From: Glaucostegus cemiculus
Taxonomy: Eukaryota
Assembly: GCA_976551045.1 (NCBI GenBank)
Contig: CDPCPM010000281.1
Location: 13,640,001-13,704,000 of the forward strand
Reading direction: 5' to 3'
Length of the DNA stretch: 64,000 nt
The position numbers and the translations under genes are program-made. This document shows, piece after piece, positions 1 through 13,179 of the stretch. The number at the start of each line of letters is the position of its first letter. The stretch's first letter is position 1. The notes beneath the pieces are model-generated. The model searched no databases, was not told where the DNA came from, and saw only the letters and a program-made list of their open reading frames with translations.

Positions 1-350
1 CCTGTCCTTTAACTTAGCGCCTAACTCCCTGAACTCACTTTGCAGGACCTCGTCACCCTTCCTGCCTACGTCATTGGTGCCGATGTGGACCACGACTTCT
101 GGCTGCTCATCCTCCCCCTTAATAATGCTGTGGACGCGATCCGAGACGTCTTTGACCCTGGCACCTAAGAGGCAACATACCATCTGGGAGTCTCATTCTT
201 GTCCACAGAATCTCTTGTCTGTTCCCCTAACCAATGAATTGCCTATCACTACCACGCTCCTCTCCCCTCCCACCTTCCCTTCTGAGCCACAGAGCCAGAC
301 TCAGTGCTAGAGATCTGGCCGCTGTGGCTTTCCTCTGGTAAGTCTTTCCT
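1..350 (-). mobile_element. CR1 LINE ORF1 fragment (SGNH/esterase-like domain)
   Basis: Minus strand translates VVIGNSLVRG...VCCLLGARVKDV...PEVVVHIGTNDV, the CR1 ORF1 esterase motif; one internal stop. Confidence 0.85.
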
Positions 351-1374
351 CACTGAGCCAAAGGATTGGTTCTAACAAATAATGGCAGGTTGGGTGAAGA
401 GTAGGTGACATTGGATACTTCAAACTGATGAGAATCACAAGAGCAAAGCTCAGAGATGCTGTGACTATAGTAATTAAAAGAGAGGAAGTCTGAGCTAATT
501 CAGCAGTATCTGGCTCTTTAACTGGAATCAGCTGCACTGTGATCTAAGGTTTGCTTAGAACCGGAGCTTTACATGGCAGGAAGTAAATGCTTCATAGGAA
601 TTCACTAATTGGACCTTGCTCTAACCAGTCCCAATAAATCCAGTTCACATTAGATGCCTACAGTGTGTGCTTTCCCCAAATGTTTATTATCAGACTGAGG
701 AATGAGCTTTGCAAAGGAAGCTAGTCACTTCTAGCTGCAAATGTTGACAAGAGCCTTATTCATATCTGTAAATTAAAAAAATTCAATGCTTATTCAAAAA
801 CCTATGTTTCTTTATTTTATTAATGCAAACTAAATGTTTTGGACCACAGGATCTCAGTGAATCGATTATCCATCTTCTTCGCTGTGAGGTATGTCCACCT
901 CAGTCTCACTTGTAATTGATTAAACATCAGTGGGGTCAAAATTCATTCCCTCCCCTCCCCCCAGAAACAATCCTGTTACTGTAGCAGTATCTTCATTCTG
1001 TGCTTATAGTTTGGCTGTGTGGCATCGTGCTAATATTGTAGCCTTTACACTGACCTTTTAAAGGGAATTTCACCATTACTTTCTTTACAGAGGTTTCAAA
1101 CCCAGGATCTGGCCAACCGTATTTCGAGAATAATCCAAACTAAACCCTTCTGCCCCTGCTCTAATCAAGGTTCTATAACTTCTTCTGCTTTACATATTTC
1201 TCCCATAAAAGGTGCCACATTCTTTGCCTCATGTTTTCATTGTGGCAAGGCATCTCATGGTCCAGTATCCCTCTGCAGCGGGAAGGCTTTCTCCACATTC
1301 TCTCAGTGGCAACATTAACTTGGAACCTTCACCACGGTTTCTCCAACCCAAAGACTCTGTTTCATATACTTATA

Positions 1375-1640
1375 GGGTCACAGAGTTATACAGCACAGAA
1401 ACAGGCCCTTTGGCCCAACTCTCCCATTCCAACCAAGATGCCTAGTTAAACTAATCCCATTTGCCTGCGTTTGGCCTATATCCCTCTAAACCCTTCCCAT
1501 CCAAGTAACACTCCAAATGTTTTTTAAACATTGTAATTGTACCTGCCTCTAACATCTCTGGCAGCTCATTCAATATACCCACCCCTGGATGAAAATCCTG
1601 CCCCTCAGGTCTCCTTTAAGTCTTTCCTCTCATTCACCTT
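1375..1640 (-). mobile_element. CR1 (HER1-like) 3' end
   Basis: acagcacagaaacaggccctttggccca tail, shared with other CR1 copies in the window. Confidence 0.85.
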
Positions 1641-2952
1641 GACTAAACCCTTTATATCTGTACAATTCCCTTTATCCAGCTCTGCCTCAGTAGAAATAAT
1701 GTTGGGTCTGAGTTTGCTGCAGTTTGTGAGGGGAAAGAATCCTTACGGTGTCTACAGGGACGCTGGAATATGCAGCGAGAGCTGGCTCACCGACTTCCTG
1801 AAGTATTAGAGTTCAAGACTGGACTGAGTTTGGGAGACTGGACATCTGAACTCCACTTCACCGTCATAATCTGACCCTATGGTGTCAAGGAGGTGGGCGG
1901 TCTGGCTGGTAGAGTGGTTCAGCTCACTGTTGCAGAACCAATGGGACGTGTGTCTTCAGCTGGTGAATGAAAATGTCCCTCTTCTACCACATGACATGGA
2001 ATTGGCCAAATTAAACCTTTCTTCCCTGTGCTGTGAGTTCAAAACTAACGAGGGAAACTTGTTCACACAGATATAAAGAAATGTTGAATATTGTGTTAAT
2101 CAAGGCACCACTTGTGAAGAATAGAAACTGTTCCAGTTTGGATATTTATGAACTGGCCATTTACAAGCAAGGTTGGCTCATTTCAATAACTTAGTGGTGT
2201 GCTCAACAAATTGCACAATGATGTTCAGGGACCAGTTGGGCTGAAATGTCAAATGGCATCAGCCATGAAAGGGCAGCAGATTGCTTTAAAATTGTCGTCA
2301 GAGTTAAACTTACTGTTAGTTGCTTGCTGTCAACTGGTGTCTCAGGCTGGAAGTGGTGGTTGAAAGATAAAAAAAAAGAAAGATAAGGTAGGTATTAAGG
2401 TAAAGGAAAATCCAGGAGTAAAATGACCAGGAGTAAAATATCTCCTCCTCTGAATCAATGCTAATGTATACAGATGACTGTTTTATATGTATTATCGCAT
2501 GGAGATTACTAAATGATCTGATTGAGTTACAGAGATTTTAAACACATGAAACATTGGATGATGTGGAAGTATTTAGACAGCTGGTGTATCTGAAGCCTCT
2601 GTGCCCAAGGTAGAACTCAATTTGCTTCAATACGTCAGCAGCTGGCTGCTGAATAATTGGTCTCCAATGTGCATCTACAGTGTGTGTTTCAATGCCAGGC
2701 TTCCATAGTCGGATGCAGAGTAACGTTTCTTCTTCCCCACTGGAATAGTGCACTATTTCTTTGTTTTTGTGACCTCACAGTTCAGACTAGCACTTCTATT
2801 TGAGTTGTCAATTATAAGCCACAAACAATAAGCTGTCAATTAACCATCGAACAAAAGGCAACAACAAATTCAATGAAAAGGATGTTCCTGGCATCAACAA
2901 AGCACACCCATCCCTCTTGTGCCCACCTGCTGCAGAATGCTTTAAGCTGACC

Positions 2953-3069
2953 AGAGGGATATGGGCCAAACGTGTGGAAATGGGACTAGCTTAGGTGGGC
3001 ATCTTGGTCAGCATGGATTTGTTAGGCCGATGGGCTTGTATGACTGTATGACTCCTTGACTCTATGACC
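2953..3069 (+). mobile_element. CR1 3' tail
   Basis: gggactagcttagg...ggccga...(tatgactc)n terminus. Confidence 0.8.
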
Positions 3070-3717
3070 ACTGGACTCTACATGTTCCCTCACCAGGGAT
3101 ATTTCTTGTAGATGTGGTTGAGGAAGAGTGGATGGCAGTCAGGCCAAAGCAGTAGACCATTTCCCCTCCCTCCCCACCACCCCACCCTCCCCACTGCACC
3201 ACCAACCCACTTCATATCCCAATTAAATACTGCCTGGAATTGTGGCTGGCCATCTTGGTCAAGTCCAGGACCAGTCCTAGCAGGAGTTTAAGTTAGGGTT
3301 AGAGGGGGTTGGAGGTGTGTGGTTATGTTGTCATAGGGAATAATGGAGCCCTGGCTCATTGGAAGAAAGATAACATGGAAGATGATGTCAGGATGGGTCA
3401 TACTCCTCTGAATCAAAGGGAGTCTTGAGTGATTCTGCAGAGAAGCCATCTTTATGTCAGTGTGTAAATTGTCGGACCCACTTCCTCTGTTCCAGCACAG
3501 AAGCCCCGTGTGGGTGATGGAAGAAGTTCACCACCTCACACACTATCGCCCTGCCCACTCCATCAGCTTCCTGCTGCAGTGACCTGCACCATCTCTGGAA
3601 GAGTCTACAGTTCCCACACTGGCCTGGAGTGGTAGCAAGTCATCCTCCATCACAAGGCACTGTCTAAGAAGGAGTTCGTCACACTGTTGTAGGTAGGGGC
3701 GGCACTGTTGCACTGTT

Positions 3718-3984
3718 GGGGCGGCACGATAGCGTAGCGGTTAGCGTGACGCTGTTACAGCACCAACGATCGGGGTTCAATTCCCGTCGCTGACTGTAAG
3801 GAGTTTGTACGTTCTCCCGTGTCTGCGTGGGTTTCCTCCGGGTACTCCGGTTTCCCCCCACATTCTAAAAGATGTACAGGTAGGTTAATTTGGGGGTTTA
3901 AAATGGGCAGCGTGGACTCGTTGGGCCGAAAGGGCCTGTTACCACGCTGTAAATAAAATTAAAGATTAAATTAAAAAAATAAAG
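3718..3984 (+). mobile_element. tRNA-derived V-SINE (HE1-like), young copy
   Basis: Pol III A box (tagcgtagcggtt), B box (ggttcaattccc), V domain (gtgggtttcctccgggtactccggtttcc), CR1-type tail and A-rich end. Confidence 0.9.
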
Positions 3985-6239
3985 TTGTCTCTCTATTTCC
4001 CTATTCTACCTCTGACATTTGTTCTGTTGGAAGCAGAATGTAACACAACCTCCACCACCAGTGCATTTATTGCTACTTCCAGGTTTATGGTCTTTCGTTT
4101 GAGAGTTCCAAAGTGAAACTGCTTCTTGTTTGTTTCAATGTGAGTTTTACATGCCTTTCACCCTGGGATGCTTTCAGCCAGAGGAGAAATGAGGCCCTAT
4201 GTGGAGGCTTCACGAAGTTACCGCCGATGAGAATATCCTTGAGTACTGCTCACCAGATCTCCAAACCTTGGAAGGTTTTGAGATTGAAGTCTTGAATGGA
4301 AAATGTGATGTTTCAAAATTCATTCAGACAGGTTCAGTTCTGCTCATTTTTTTGGATTGACACACCTCATGTTAAACCAGAATTGAGTGATTATTATTTC
4401 CAACACCTGGCAGCTCTGACCTTGGCAGAGCAGGAACATTAATTTGTGTTTAAAAGCCCCTGATTCATTTCAATCAATCAATAAATGTTCATTTTACTTG
4501 TCTGCAATGATGTAAATTCTTCCTGAAATGTCTTAAGAAAATGGAAGCAGTGTTCTGCATTTAAATTACATGCTCCAGTACCCAATCATTAGCAGAATGG
4601 ATATCTGTGTGTACGGAGGCTACATTTAAACCTGTGCAGATGTCTGCACGGAAATATTAACTTCTTGTATCCTCTCGTTTGTATGATTTTACTTACGATT
4701 CTCCGCAAGGTGGGTCCTTTGTTAGTTTTTTTTTTAATTATGTCATTAGGGCAAAGGTTGTGTCCTTAAAGGGTTAAAGGGTTTGAAGAGGTTGTCGATC
4801 TCTCACTGGTTCATCTGATGCTTTTTGTGCAACACTGCTATCCAGACTGAGGGGTTTCGGGTTGAAATTCATGCTCTGTGCGCTCGAGTTAACTAATCTT
4901 GGCTGGGATGACATTAAAGGGTTACAGTGCCCTCTGAGTTAGACGGGATAAATCAAGCTTAATTTGCTACCCAATGCCCTTGCAGGAAATGTTACTGCTT
5001 CCAGCATCCGGTAAGGAACAGGGTTGGATTTGGTGGTGCCATCACTCTGAATCGATCGTCTGCTGGTGCTGACCGTCACGTAGGGGAAGAGGTGTTGGAG
5101 AGGAACAGTGACAGGGTGGCCTCGTGCGAGAAACATCTACCAAAGGGCGGGGAGGAAAAACTGGAAGAGCGGGAGGAGAAGGGGGGCTTTGCACTTCACG
5201 TTCGATTCGACAAAAAATAATCTTAAGTTTTGACATTTTTTATTGATGCAGGTAAAAGAGAGCAGAACAAAGTCAAGTTCTTTTTGTAAAGTTTTCGGAA
5301 AATCGATCCCAGTAACGTTATCCCATTCCGAGGAACAAGGAGCTATATTGTATCCACATATAAACACAGGCAGCCAAAATGCCATTCGTATGTTTTCTTT
5401 TTTTGAAGAATTAATACATTATATAGCTGCTTGTTGGGCCAAAGAGAAATCTGTTCAAGCACTAACAGGCCTTGAAATTCAGAGTTGTAGTAAATTGCAG
5501 CAATTTAATCATTCGCACAGGCTGGGCTCTATATAGGGAACTAAATAAAAAAGGCTTTTGAAATGACACAGAATGAGGTCTGAACCATACTGGAGATCAG
5601 GAGGCCAAAAATAACAGGGACTGAAGCAGGAGTCTGGCTCCACTGAAAGAATTCCTTTATTTCTCATCAGGAGTCTGGAAAATTATCCCAGAGCCAATCT
5701 GCTCGTGTTTATCAGATGTGAGAATCGCTGAAGGTGCCTGGAGCCTGGAAAAGCAGCTCTGCGAGTGCCACAGGAAAGTGTCAACAAGGGCCATGGATGA
5801 TTGGTTGGGTCATATTTGAAATTGTTTTACATCTGGCCTTCTCTGCGTATCTCCTGACATCATCTGGCCATCCAGAACCTCACTTCAATTGCAGTGTTGA
5901 GTGCTGCCTTCTGACGGGGAACGTTGACAAGCGGCAGCTCTCAGGCGATTAGTTCTGAGCATGTTGACGGCTTATTTTCTTTGGCACTCAGCGCCGGCAT
6001 GTGGCAAATAAAATTGCGCTACGGGGAAAGATTCCTGGAGGATCTCTCTACCAACCACCAGAGAGCGTGAAAATTCCCATGGGCTTCACAGCCAAGAGAT
6101 CCCCAAAATCTGAAGTTCATAATGATTCTGCCCAGTTGATTATATCTCATACATTGATAACAATTGACAAGCATTTGATCCAAAGCCTCAAGGTTCCCCT
6201 GAGGACAGGACACCACCTAACATATTAAGAGTGATTTCT

Positions 6240-6410
6240 AAAGTCACATGGGTTCCAAATCAGGTTCAGTTCTGTATCTGGGTTACAAAGAAGTGAGAGT
6301 TACTCTAGTTTATCTGGTTAGACCACATTCGGAGTACAGTACTCAGTCTGACATCCCTGGAAGGATATATTGGCCTAGCAAGTTTGCCAGAATGATACAT
6401 GGACAGAGAA
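6240..6410 (+). mobile_element. Degenerate CR1 RT fragment
   Basis: LVRPHSEY motif (LVRPHLEY in CR1). Confidence 0.6.
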
Positions 6411-6750
6411 TGCTGAGTACTCAGCAGACTAGGCAGCATCTGTGAAGACAGGAAGCAGAATTAATATTTCAGGGATGACGGCAATTCATCAGAAGTAGAA
6501 AAAAGAGCAATAAAACATTTTTGAGATGCAGAGAAATGTGAGGGAGAGGAAGAACAAAAGGAGGGTCTGTGAGAGTTCAATGAATGAGAGATTCATTGAT
6601 AAAAGGGATGATGCAACATTGATTTATTCTAACTTTAGGTTATCAGTGAGAAGCATTAACATGGTTTCTCTCTCCACACGCCCTCTGACCTGGACCATTT
6701 ACAGTGTTAGATCTGTTTTTTAGTTTAAATTTCTCAGATCTGCACTTTTG
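6410..6750. mobile_element. Penelope-end-derived inverted element, degenerate
   Basis: gctgagtactcagcag...ggcagcatctgtg arm and a complementary gtttctctctccac...ctcagatctgca arm. Confidence 0.5.
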
Positions 6751-7074
6751 CTTCTGTTGTTTGATACTGGGGAGAAAATACAACAATTGTGCTGAATGGA
6801 GCTCCATTGCAGATTTAACTAATAAATTAATTGTGGTTTTAAAATTAATTAAAGGAATTGACAGTGGCTTGGAGTCCAGAACAGGGGGAATTCCATGGGA
6901 AAAAAGGTTTGAGAGGCTGAATCGCCTCCTTGTTCTGAGGTTCATTTAGGTAAATGATACGTTAAGCAAGGTTGGCATCCTATGTGGTGAAGGTACATTT
7001 CTACACCACTGTGATCTCCCTTCCCCATTTTTTGAATGAACTTCCAAGTATATAGGCATTAGAGTTCTACATGA

Positions 7075-7545
7075 ATGTGGAAGAGATTCATAGAACGTTG
7101 CCTGGTTTAGAGAGTATTAGTTATAAAGAGAAGATGGACAAAGTTGGATTGTTTTCTCTGGAGGCTGAGGGGTGACCTGATGAAGTATATAAAATTATTA
7201 GAGGCATAGTTAGGGTAGATAGGCAGTCTTTTTCAAAGGGTGGAAATGTCAAATACTAGTGGATATAGCTTAAAGATAAGAGGGGGAAGGTTTAAAGGAG
7301 ATTTAGGAGGCAAGTTTTTTACACAGGAAGTGGTAGGTGCCTGGAACGTGCTGCCAGGGGAGGTGGTGGAAGCAGATACAACAGCAATGTTTAAGGGGCA
7401 CTTAGACAGACACATGAACACTGCAGGGAATGAAGGGATACAGACCACATGCAGGCAGATGGGATTAGTTTATACTGGCATCATGGCTGGCACAGACATA
7501 GTGGGCCAAAGGGCCTGTTCCTGTGCTGTACTGTTCTATGTTGTT
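7075..7545 (+). mobile_element. CR1 3' fragment
   Basis: FFTQEVVGAWNVLPGEVVEA C-terminal ORF2 motif plus tail. Confidence 0.9.
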
Positions 7546-7697
7546 CAGTATAATGAGCCTTGCTATCTCTTGGGTGCAGTGCAGAGGGAAATAAATCTGA
7601 TGAAGGGCATGATTTTTAAGATGATGGTGAGAAAATAAAAAGAGAGGTCATGGTTATTGTCAATAAGTAGGAGGAGTTGCTGTGGTTTCAATCTCAC

Positions 7698-7817
7698 CCT
7701 ATCCCAGGAGTCACTGTACCTGCTACAGTGCAACCCAGCCTCATTGTCTGGAAATGTATTGGCATAGAAAGCTTCATGTGCACGTACAGAGTCTAGGAGC
7801 GTGGCTCGTGTGCTGAC
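7698..7817 (-). pseudogene. Open 120-nt exon-like segment VSTRATLLDSVRAHEAFYANTFPDNEAGLHCSRYSDSWDR
   Basis: aatctccag acceptor and agg|gtgaga donor, phase 0-0. Neighbouring candidate acceptors at 8404 (DVFRVAHQDYIFML), 6198 (GNLEALDQMLVNC) and 5160 (FFLPALW*MFLAR). Confidence 0.5.
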
Positions 7818-9394
7818 CTGGAGATTGGCCACCATTGTAAACCATGGTGTCATGCATTATTTCAGTCACCCTGGCCATTTCAGCTGCTTTCTGATCCAAG
7901 CTGCCTGTTTCACTCACCCTGCCAATTGTGGCCTTGTTTTCATTTCCATTGTTAAGTTGGGGGTCGCCTGTACTTAACAACACACTGCAACGTAAATGTG
8001 AATTCAAGGTTTTCTAATATTACAATTAGAGCCTAACTAATACTTTATCTCCTTTGTAACCTGTTAGGTGGGACACAGTTAAATTAACCTGATGAATGAG
8101 AAGTGTAGAGGATAGCAAAGGGGTTCACTCTGCCCTGCGAATGAGCTGGGCAAGGCTCTCCAACAGTAACACTGCTGGTGATGAGGTTGATTTCCCCATC
8201 TGATCATGTATCTGCCTGGATTAATGAGCTGTTATTTTTCCCACTTCAGTTCTTCATGATGTAACCCTCCAATGAAGTAGTTACAGGATCGTCTCTGATG
8301 AGGCACTGCTTCCATTGGCAAGAAGTGCCAGAGAAAGGGAGCCAGAGACCAAGGGGAAACACTCAGCATGAAAATATAGTCCTGATGTGCTACTCTGAAA
8401 ACGTCTGTGGCAGAACAAGTATTTACCAATAACTCTTTCTGTGTGAGCAGCACCCTTTAGTTTTCTTCTAACCAGTGTTTACTTTATAAGCAGGATCTCT
8501 CATAAAGATTCTCTGAGGCAGGATCTTTCATATATAATGACTTCTATAGCACTCTTAGCAAAATGCCTCACAGAAGCATTTTAGAACAGAAATTTGATAA
8601 GGAGATATTGAGGCAGGTGACCAAATTCCAAGGGGGGTAAGGTTAGAGGAGAAGAGAAAGTTGAAGAGCAGAGAGGTTCAGGGATGGAATTACAGAGCAC
8701 AGGCAGTGAGTAGCATGCCTCTCGACGGGGAGCGATGGAAGCAGAAGAGCCAAGGATTGGAGGAGAGTTCTCCTTTGGTAAAATAATTTCCCCAAGGCAC
8801 TCACAACAGTACTTTAAAATTACCAGTTAACAACAAAGTTGAATTTCAGAGGCAGTGTATAATGTACAACCTGTACATTGCATGTAAAGCATGACTGACC
8901 CATATCTCTAACCCATGAACCAAAACGTTTAAGGTGGATAACTTTTTTTTTCTTCATTGTATATTTATTGATGTTACAGAGGCAGTCAATGTCTTCAAGG
9001 TAGAGCTGTGTCTTTGCCTTGTTGCAAAGGCAGTCTCTCACACCTCACCTCTGGAATTCAGCTGAGTTCATGTTTGGGCCAAAGGTGCAATGTGGTCTAG
9101 AGTCAAATGGACCAGGCTATACTAGATTGATCATCAGAGGCAGGTTAATTAATAAATGTGTGCTCCACTTTACCATTGTCAACAACACCTTTTGTCACTT
9201 TGTTGGTGATTGAGAATTGACCGATTTTCCACATTTCTGGATAGACTGCAGTGTTTTAAATGCACTGGAACAGTTTGGTTAGAGGCTCAGTGAGTTCTGA
9301 AGCAATACAGATGGGGTGTTTGCTGGTCCCAAAAACTTTGCTGTATCCAGTTACTCTCGGCCATGTCTTGATATCATGTGGTGTGAGTTGAACC

Positions 9395-9920
9395 ATAGAA
9401 TCATAGGGTCAAAGAAATGTACAGCACAGAAATGGGTCCTTTCACCCACCTCATCCATGCCAACCGTGATGCCTATTAATGCTAATCCCATTTGCCAGCA
9501 TTAGGTCTATATCCCTCTGGCCTTTCCCATCTAAGTACTTGTCCAAACATCTTTCAAACACTGCAGTTGTATCTGTTTCTACCACTTCCTCTGGCAGCCT
9601 GTTGCATATAATCACCACCCTCTGTGTGAAAAACCTACCCCTCAGATCTCTTTTAAATTTCTCTCCTCTCACCTTAAATCTGTGCGCTCTAGTTCTAGCC
9701 TCCTCTGCAATGGGAAAAGGGCTCTGACTATCTCTCCTATCTGGGCCCCTCATAGTTATATAAACATCCCCCCCCACCCCAGCCATGGTCCAGTGATAAT
9801 AAACCAAGTCCACCCCATCTCTCCTTGTAACTACAGCCCTCCATTCCAGGCAACATCCAGGTGAATCCTTTCTGCACTCTCTATTGCAACCACATCCTTC
9901 CTGTAGGTGATGACCAGAGC
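9395..9920 (-). mobile_element. CR1 3' fragment
   Basis: RGRFFTQRVVIICNRLPEEVV motif plus tail. Confidence 0.9.
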
Positions 9921-10109
9921 TGACTTGTGAGACATCTCCTCTGCACAAAACCACACAGTCCTCGCCTTTCCAATTCCAAAACTGTGACAGTGTGGATCAC
10001 AGGAGGGAGCTGAGGTGGATCATCCACTCAACACTTGTGGCCACTCACATGTGCAGGGTCTCCTATTCATTGAGGATGGGATTATTCTTGGAACCTCTTG
10101 CTTCCATTA

Positions 10110-10660
10110 CTAGGTTGTCTATCACATTGTGGGGAAGTAAGGGAAGAAATTGCTGGGGCATCGGCAGAGATATTTATATCATCATTGGCCATGGGTGAGG
10201 CACCAGAAGACTGGAGGGTGGCTAATGTTGTGCCTTTATCTAAGAAGGGCAGGAAGGACAAACCTGGGAACTACAGACCAGTGAGCCTAACATCAGTGAT
10301 AGGAAAGTGACTGGAGGGGATTCTGAGGGACAGGATCTACCTGCATTTGGAAAAGTAAGGACTAATTAGTGGGAGTCAACATGGCTTTGTATGGAAACCA
10401 TATCTTGTGAATTTGATTGAGTTTTTTGAAGAAGTGACCAAGGGGATTGATGAGGACACAGAGGTAGACATCATCTACAGGGTCTTTAGCAAGGCCTTTG
10501 ATAAGTTCCTGCATGGTAGATTGGTCTGGAAAATGATATCTCATGGGATCCAGGGTGAGCCAGCCAATTGGAATCAAAGTTGGCTTGGCAGAAGGAGCCA
10601 GAGGATGGTAGTGGAGGATTGTTGGGCCGAAGGGCCTGTTTCCATGCTGTATAACTTTAT
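10110..10660 (+). mobile_element. CR1 RT fragment with internal deletion joining it to the 3' tail
   Basis: PEDWRVANVVPL...PGNYRPVSLTSV, NLIEFFEEVT and FSKAFDK motifs; jumps to the tail at ~10620. Confidence 0.9.
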
Positions 10661-10664
10661 GTCT

Positions 10665-11335
10665 GTATTTGGCTCTCATCCCTTTAAACGTTTTCTATCC
10701 ATGTACTTGCTAAATGTCTTTAAACATTGTAATTTACCTGCCTCTACTGCTTCCTCTGGCAGCTCATTCCATATACCCACTACTCTCTGTGAAAAAGTTA
10801 TCCCTCAGGTCCCTTTTAAATTTTTCCCCTCTCACCTTAAATCTATAACCTCGCGTCTTACACTTCCCTACCCTGGGAAAAAGACTGTGACCATCCACCA
10901 TATCTATGCCCCTTATGATTTTATATACCTCGACACGGTCACCCCTCAGACTGCTACGTTCCAGGAAAAATGTCCCAGCCTATCCCTCTCTTCTTACAAC
11001 TCAAGCCCTCCAGTCCTGGTAACATCTTTGTGAATCTTTTGTGCACCCTTTCCAGCCTAATGACATCCGTCTTATAGCTGGGTAACCAGAACCGCACATA
11101 GTACTCCCAGTGTGGTCTTTGTGTAACCTCACCATTGACTTGGTGAGTCAATGGTGAGTTGCAACATGATGTCCCATCTCCTGTACTCATTGTCCTGAAT
11201 GACGAAGGACAGCATGTTAAGTGGCATCTTCACCACCCTGTCTACTTTTGTCGCCACTTTCAGGGAACTATGTACTTATACCCCTAGGTCCCTCTGTACT
11301 ATAACACACTACAGGGCCCTACCGTTTACTGTATA
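10665..11335 (-). mobile_element. CR1 3' fragment, tail-to-tail with the previous copy
   Basis: RPHWEYYVRFW...LERVHKRFTKMLPG motif. Confidence 0.88.
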
Positions 11336-12129
11336 ATGGATCTTTGTCAGTTCTGATCAGAGCCACTGGCAATAGCCAGATGGATCCAGCCCTATTTCCT
11401 TTCCACCTGACAAACTATCAGAATATCCAGGGATCCTTCTGTGAAACAGGACACAGTCTTTGCCCATAATGAGTCCATTCTACGACCAGCCTCTCTTTGT
11501 GTTCCAACTCCCACGCCTCCAATTTCCAGCACTGGATGATCCCACTTTCTACATCACATGAGCTCACATCGTGCTTGCTGCTGCTGCTTGGACAGTGCGG
11601 CCAGAAGTTAAAAAAAATAGAGTAGTGGACTTGAACATCTACTGGCAAACGTTGCACATAGTTCTGGCTTTCTCACATGTCATTGGATCTCCACTTCTCA
11701 AAATGAAATGAAAATAATGAAGAATTTAAAACAGAAGTGTGCATACACGTGTCAGAACAATGTGTACCATGTGGCATGATTTTGAATACGTTGCTGCATC
11801 AATCACTGCTGTTAGTTGGATGTTACTTGTCACCAGTAAAGGATATTTAGTTGGAAGCTCTGGCCTGATTATGTGTCTTACTAAACAGTAATATAGGGAG
11901 AGCCCTATTGATCAATAACTTCAGTCTTGTCCATACTTTATAACAAAATTTCACTTCATCTAATCAGTCCAGGATGTTAGAGGTGGAGCATCATAATTGG
12001 ATTGTAAACACCACTGAGTTTAAATACATTTCCTATTTTGGGGAGGTCTCCTCAACCAGCCCTGGAGACTTGACAGGAAATTCATGCTAGCACAAGGCAC
12101 TGAAGACCCAATGTACTTGCTCTCTGCTC

Positions 12130-12447
12130 TTTTACCCAGGGTTGGGGGAAATCAAGAACTAGATGGCATAGGTTTAAGGTGAGAGGGGAAAAATTTAATA
12201 AGAACTTGAGGGACAACTTTTTTTACACAGAGGGTTGTAGGTATTTGAAATGAGCTGCCACAGGAAGTGGTTGAGGCAGGTTCAGTAACAATGTTTAAAA
12301 GACACTTGGACAGGTACATGGATAGGAAAGTTTTAGAAGGTTGTGAGCCAGATGCTGGCAAAGGGACTAGCTTGGATGGGCATCTTGGTCAGCATGGACC
12401 AGTTGGGCCGAAGGGCCTGTTTCTGTACTGTATGACTCTATGACTTT
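12130..12447 (+). mobile_element. CR1 3' fragment
   Basis: ttttttacacagagggttg...gggccgaagggcctgtttc...(tatgactc) tail. Confidence 0.9.
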
Positions 12448-12654
12448 ATCATTCACCTTGGAGCTAAAGACTCATAGACCTCAGCACAAGAGAGTAACAT
12501 TGCATCTGGGCCACGTTTGCCACAGGGCCGTTACCTCACTGCCTGCTCTCACCTCTCAAGTGTGAACATTAATAGAAAGCGATGGTGGAGAAGTTAAACA
12601 AGTTTACTTGCACCAGTGTGGTGACGTGTTACAGATCAAGTTGGCGAAGCTCAC

Positions 12655-12867
12655 CTGGCCAAGGGAAATGGCACCACCTCCTGTTGTGACAGTTGGCTGA
12701 CAGTTTAGGTATTACAGTAAAGGTCAATGCTTGAGATCTCACTTTATTTTTGTGTGCTACACTTTCCAAGTTCACCAAAGCATTGGGAGATTTCATGTGA
12801 TTGGCACTGTCTTGTGACTCCCTTTTCCATCCTTCCATGTATCCAACAGGTGAACACACAGAGGACC
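12655..12867 (-). pseudogene. Open 213-nt exon-like segment (G)SSVCSPVG...WCHFPWP(G)
   Basis: ctctcacatccag acceptor and cag|gtgagc donor, phase 1-1, no stop. Confidence 0.5.
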
Positions 12868-13179
12868 CTGGATGTGAGAGGTGGAACGCAACAGCATGAA
12901 ATACTTGCCAGGTGTATGTGTGTCCCACGTGGTCTGGAGACCACTCCCATGGAAACAGCCTTTGACAGCAGTGTGGCCTGCTTTTGGTTGGTTCATTAGC
13001 TCATTGAGTAGGTGCCAGGATGGTGCTCTAAGCTCGACCGAGGTTCCCATTTAGGAATGTACTTACCTGGCATTTCTCTGTATGTTACTTCTCATCAGTC
13101 ATCCTACCAAAATCCATCACCTCTAACTTGTCTGCATTAAACTTCATCTGCTATGACTCTGCCCATTTCAGCAGGTTGT

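Noticed and set aside
1805-2753. Possible terminal exons of the fossil gene (acceptor at 1959; ORF 2538-2753)
   Set aside because: Splice signals and peptides are too weak to support without alignment.
3718-3790. tRNA gene
   Set aside because: The A and B boxes belong to the V-SINE head; no complete cloverleaf, and it continues into the V domain.
10407-11033. 208-aa ORF
   Set aside because: Chimera of a sense CR1 RT fragment and an antisense CR1 3' end.
13060-13170. Strong minus-strand donor cag|gtaagt at ~13066
   Set aside because: Upstream sequence looks like degraded CR1 and gives no convincing exon.
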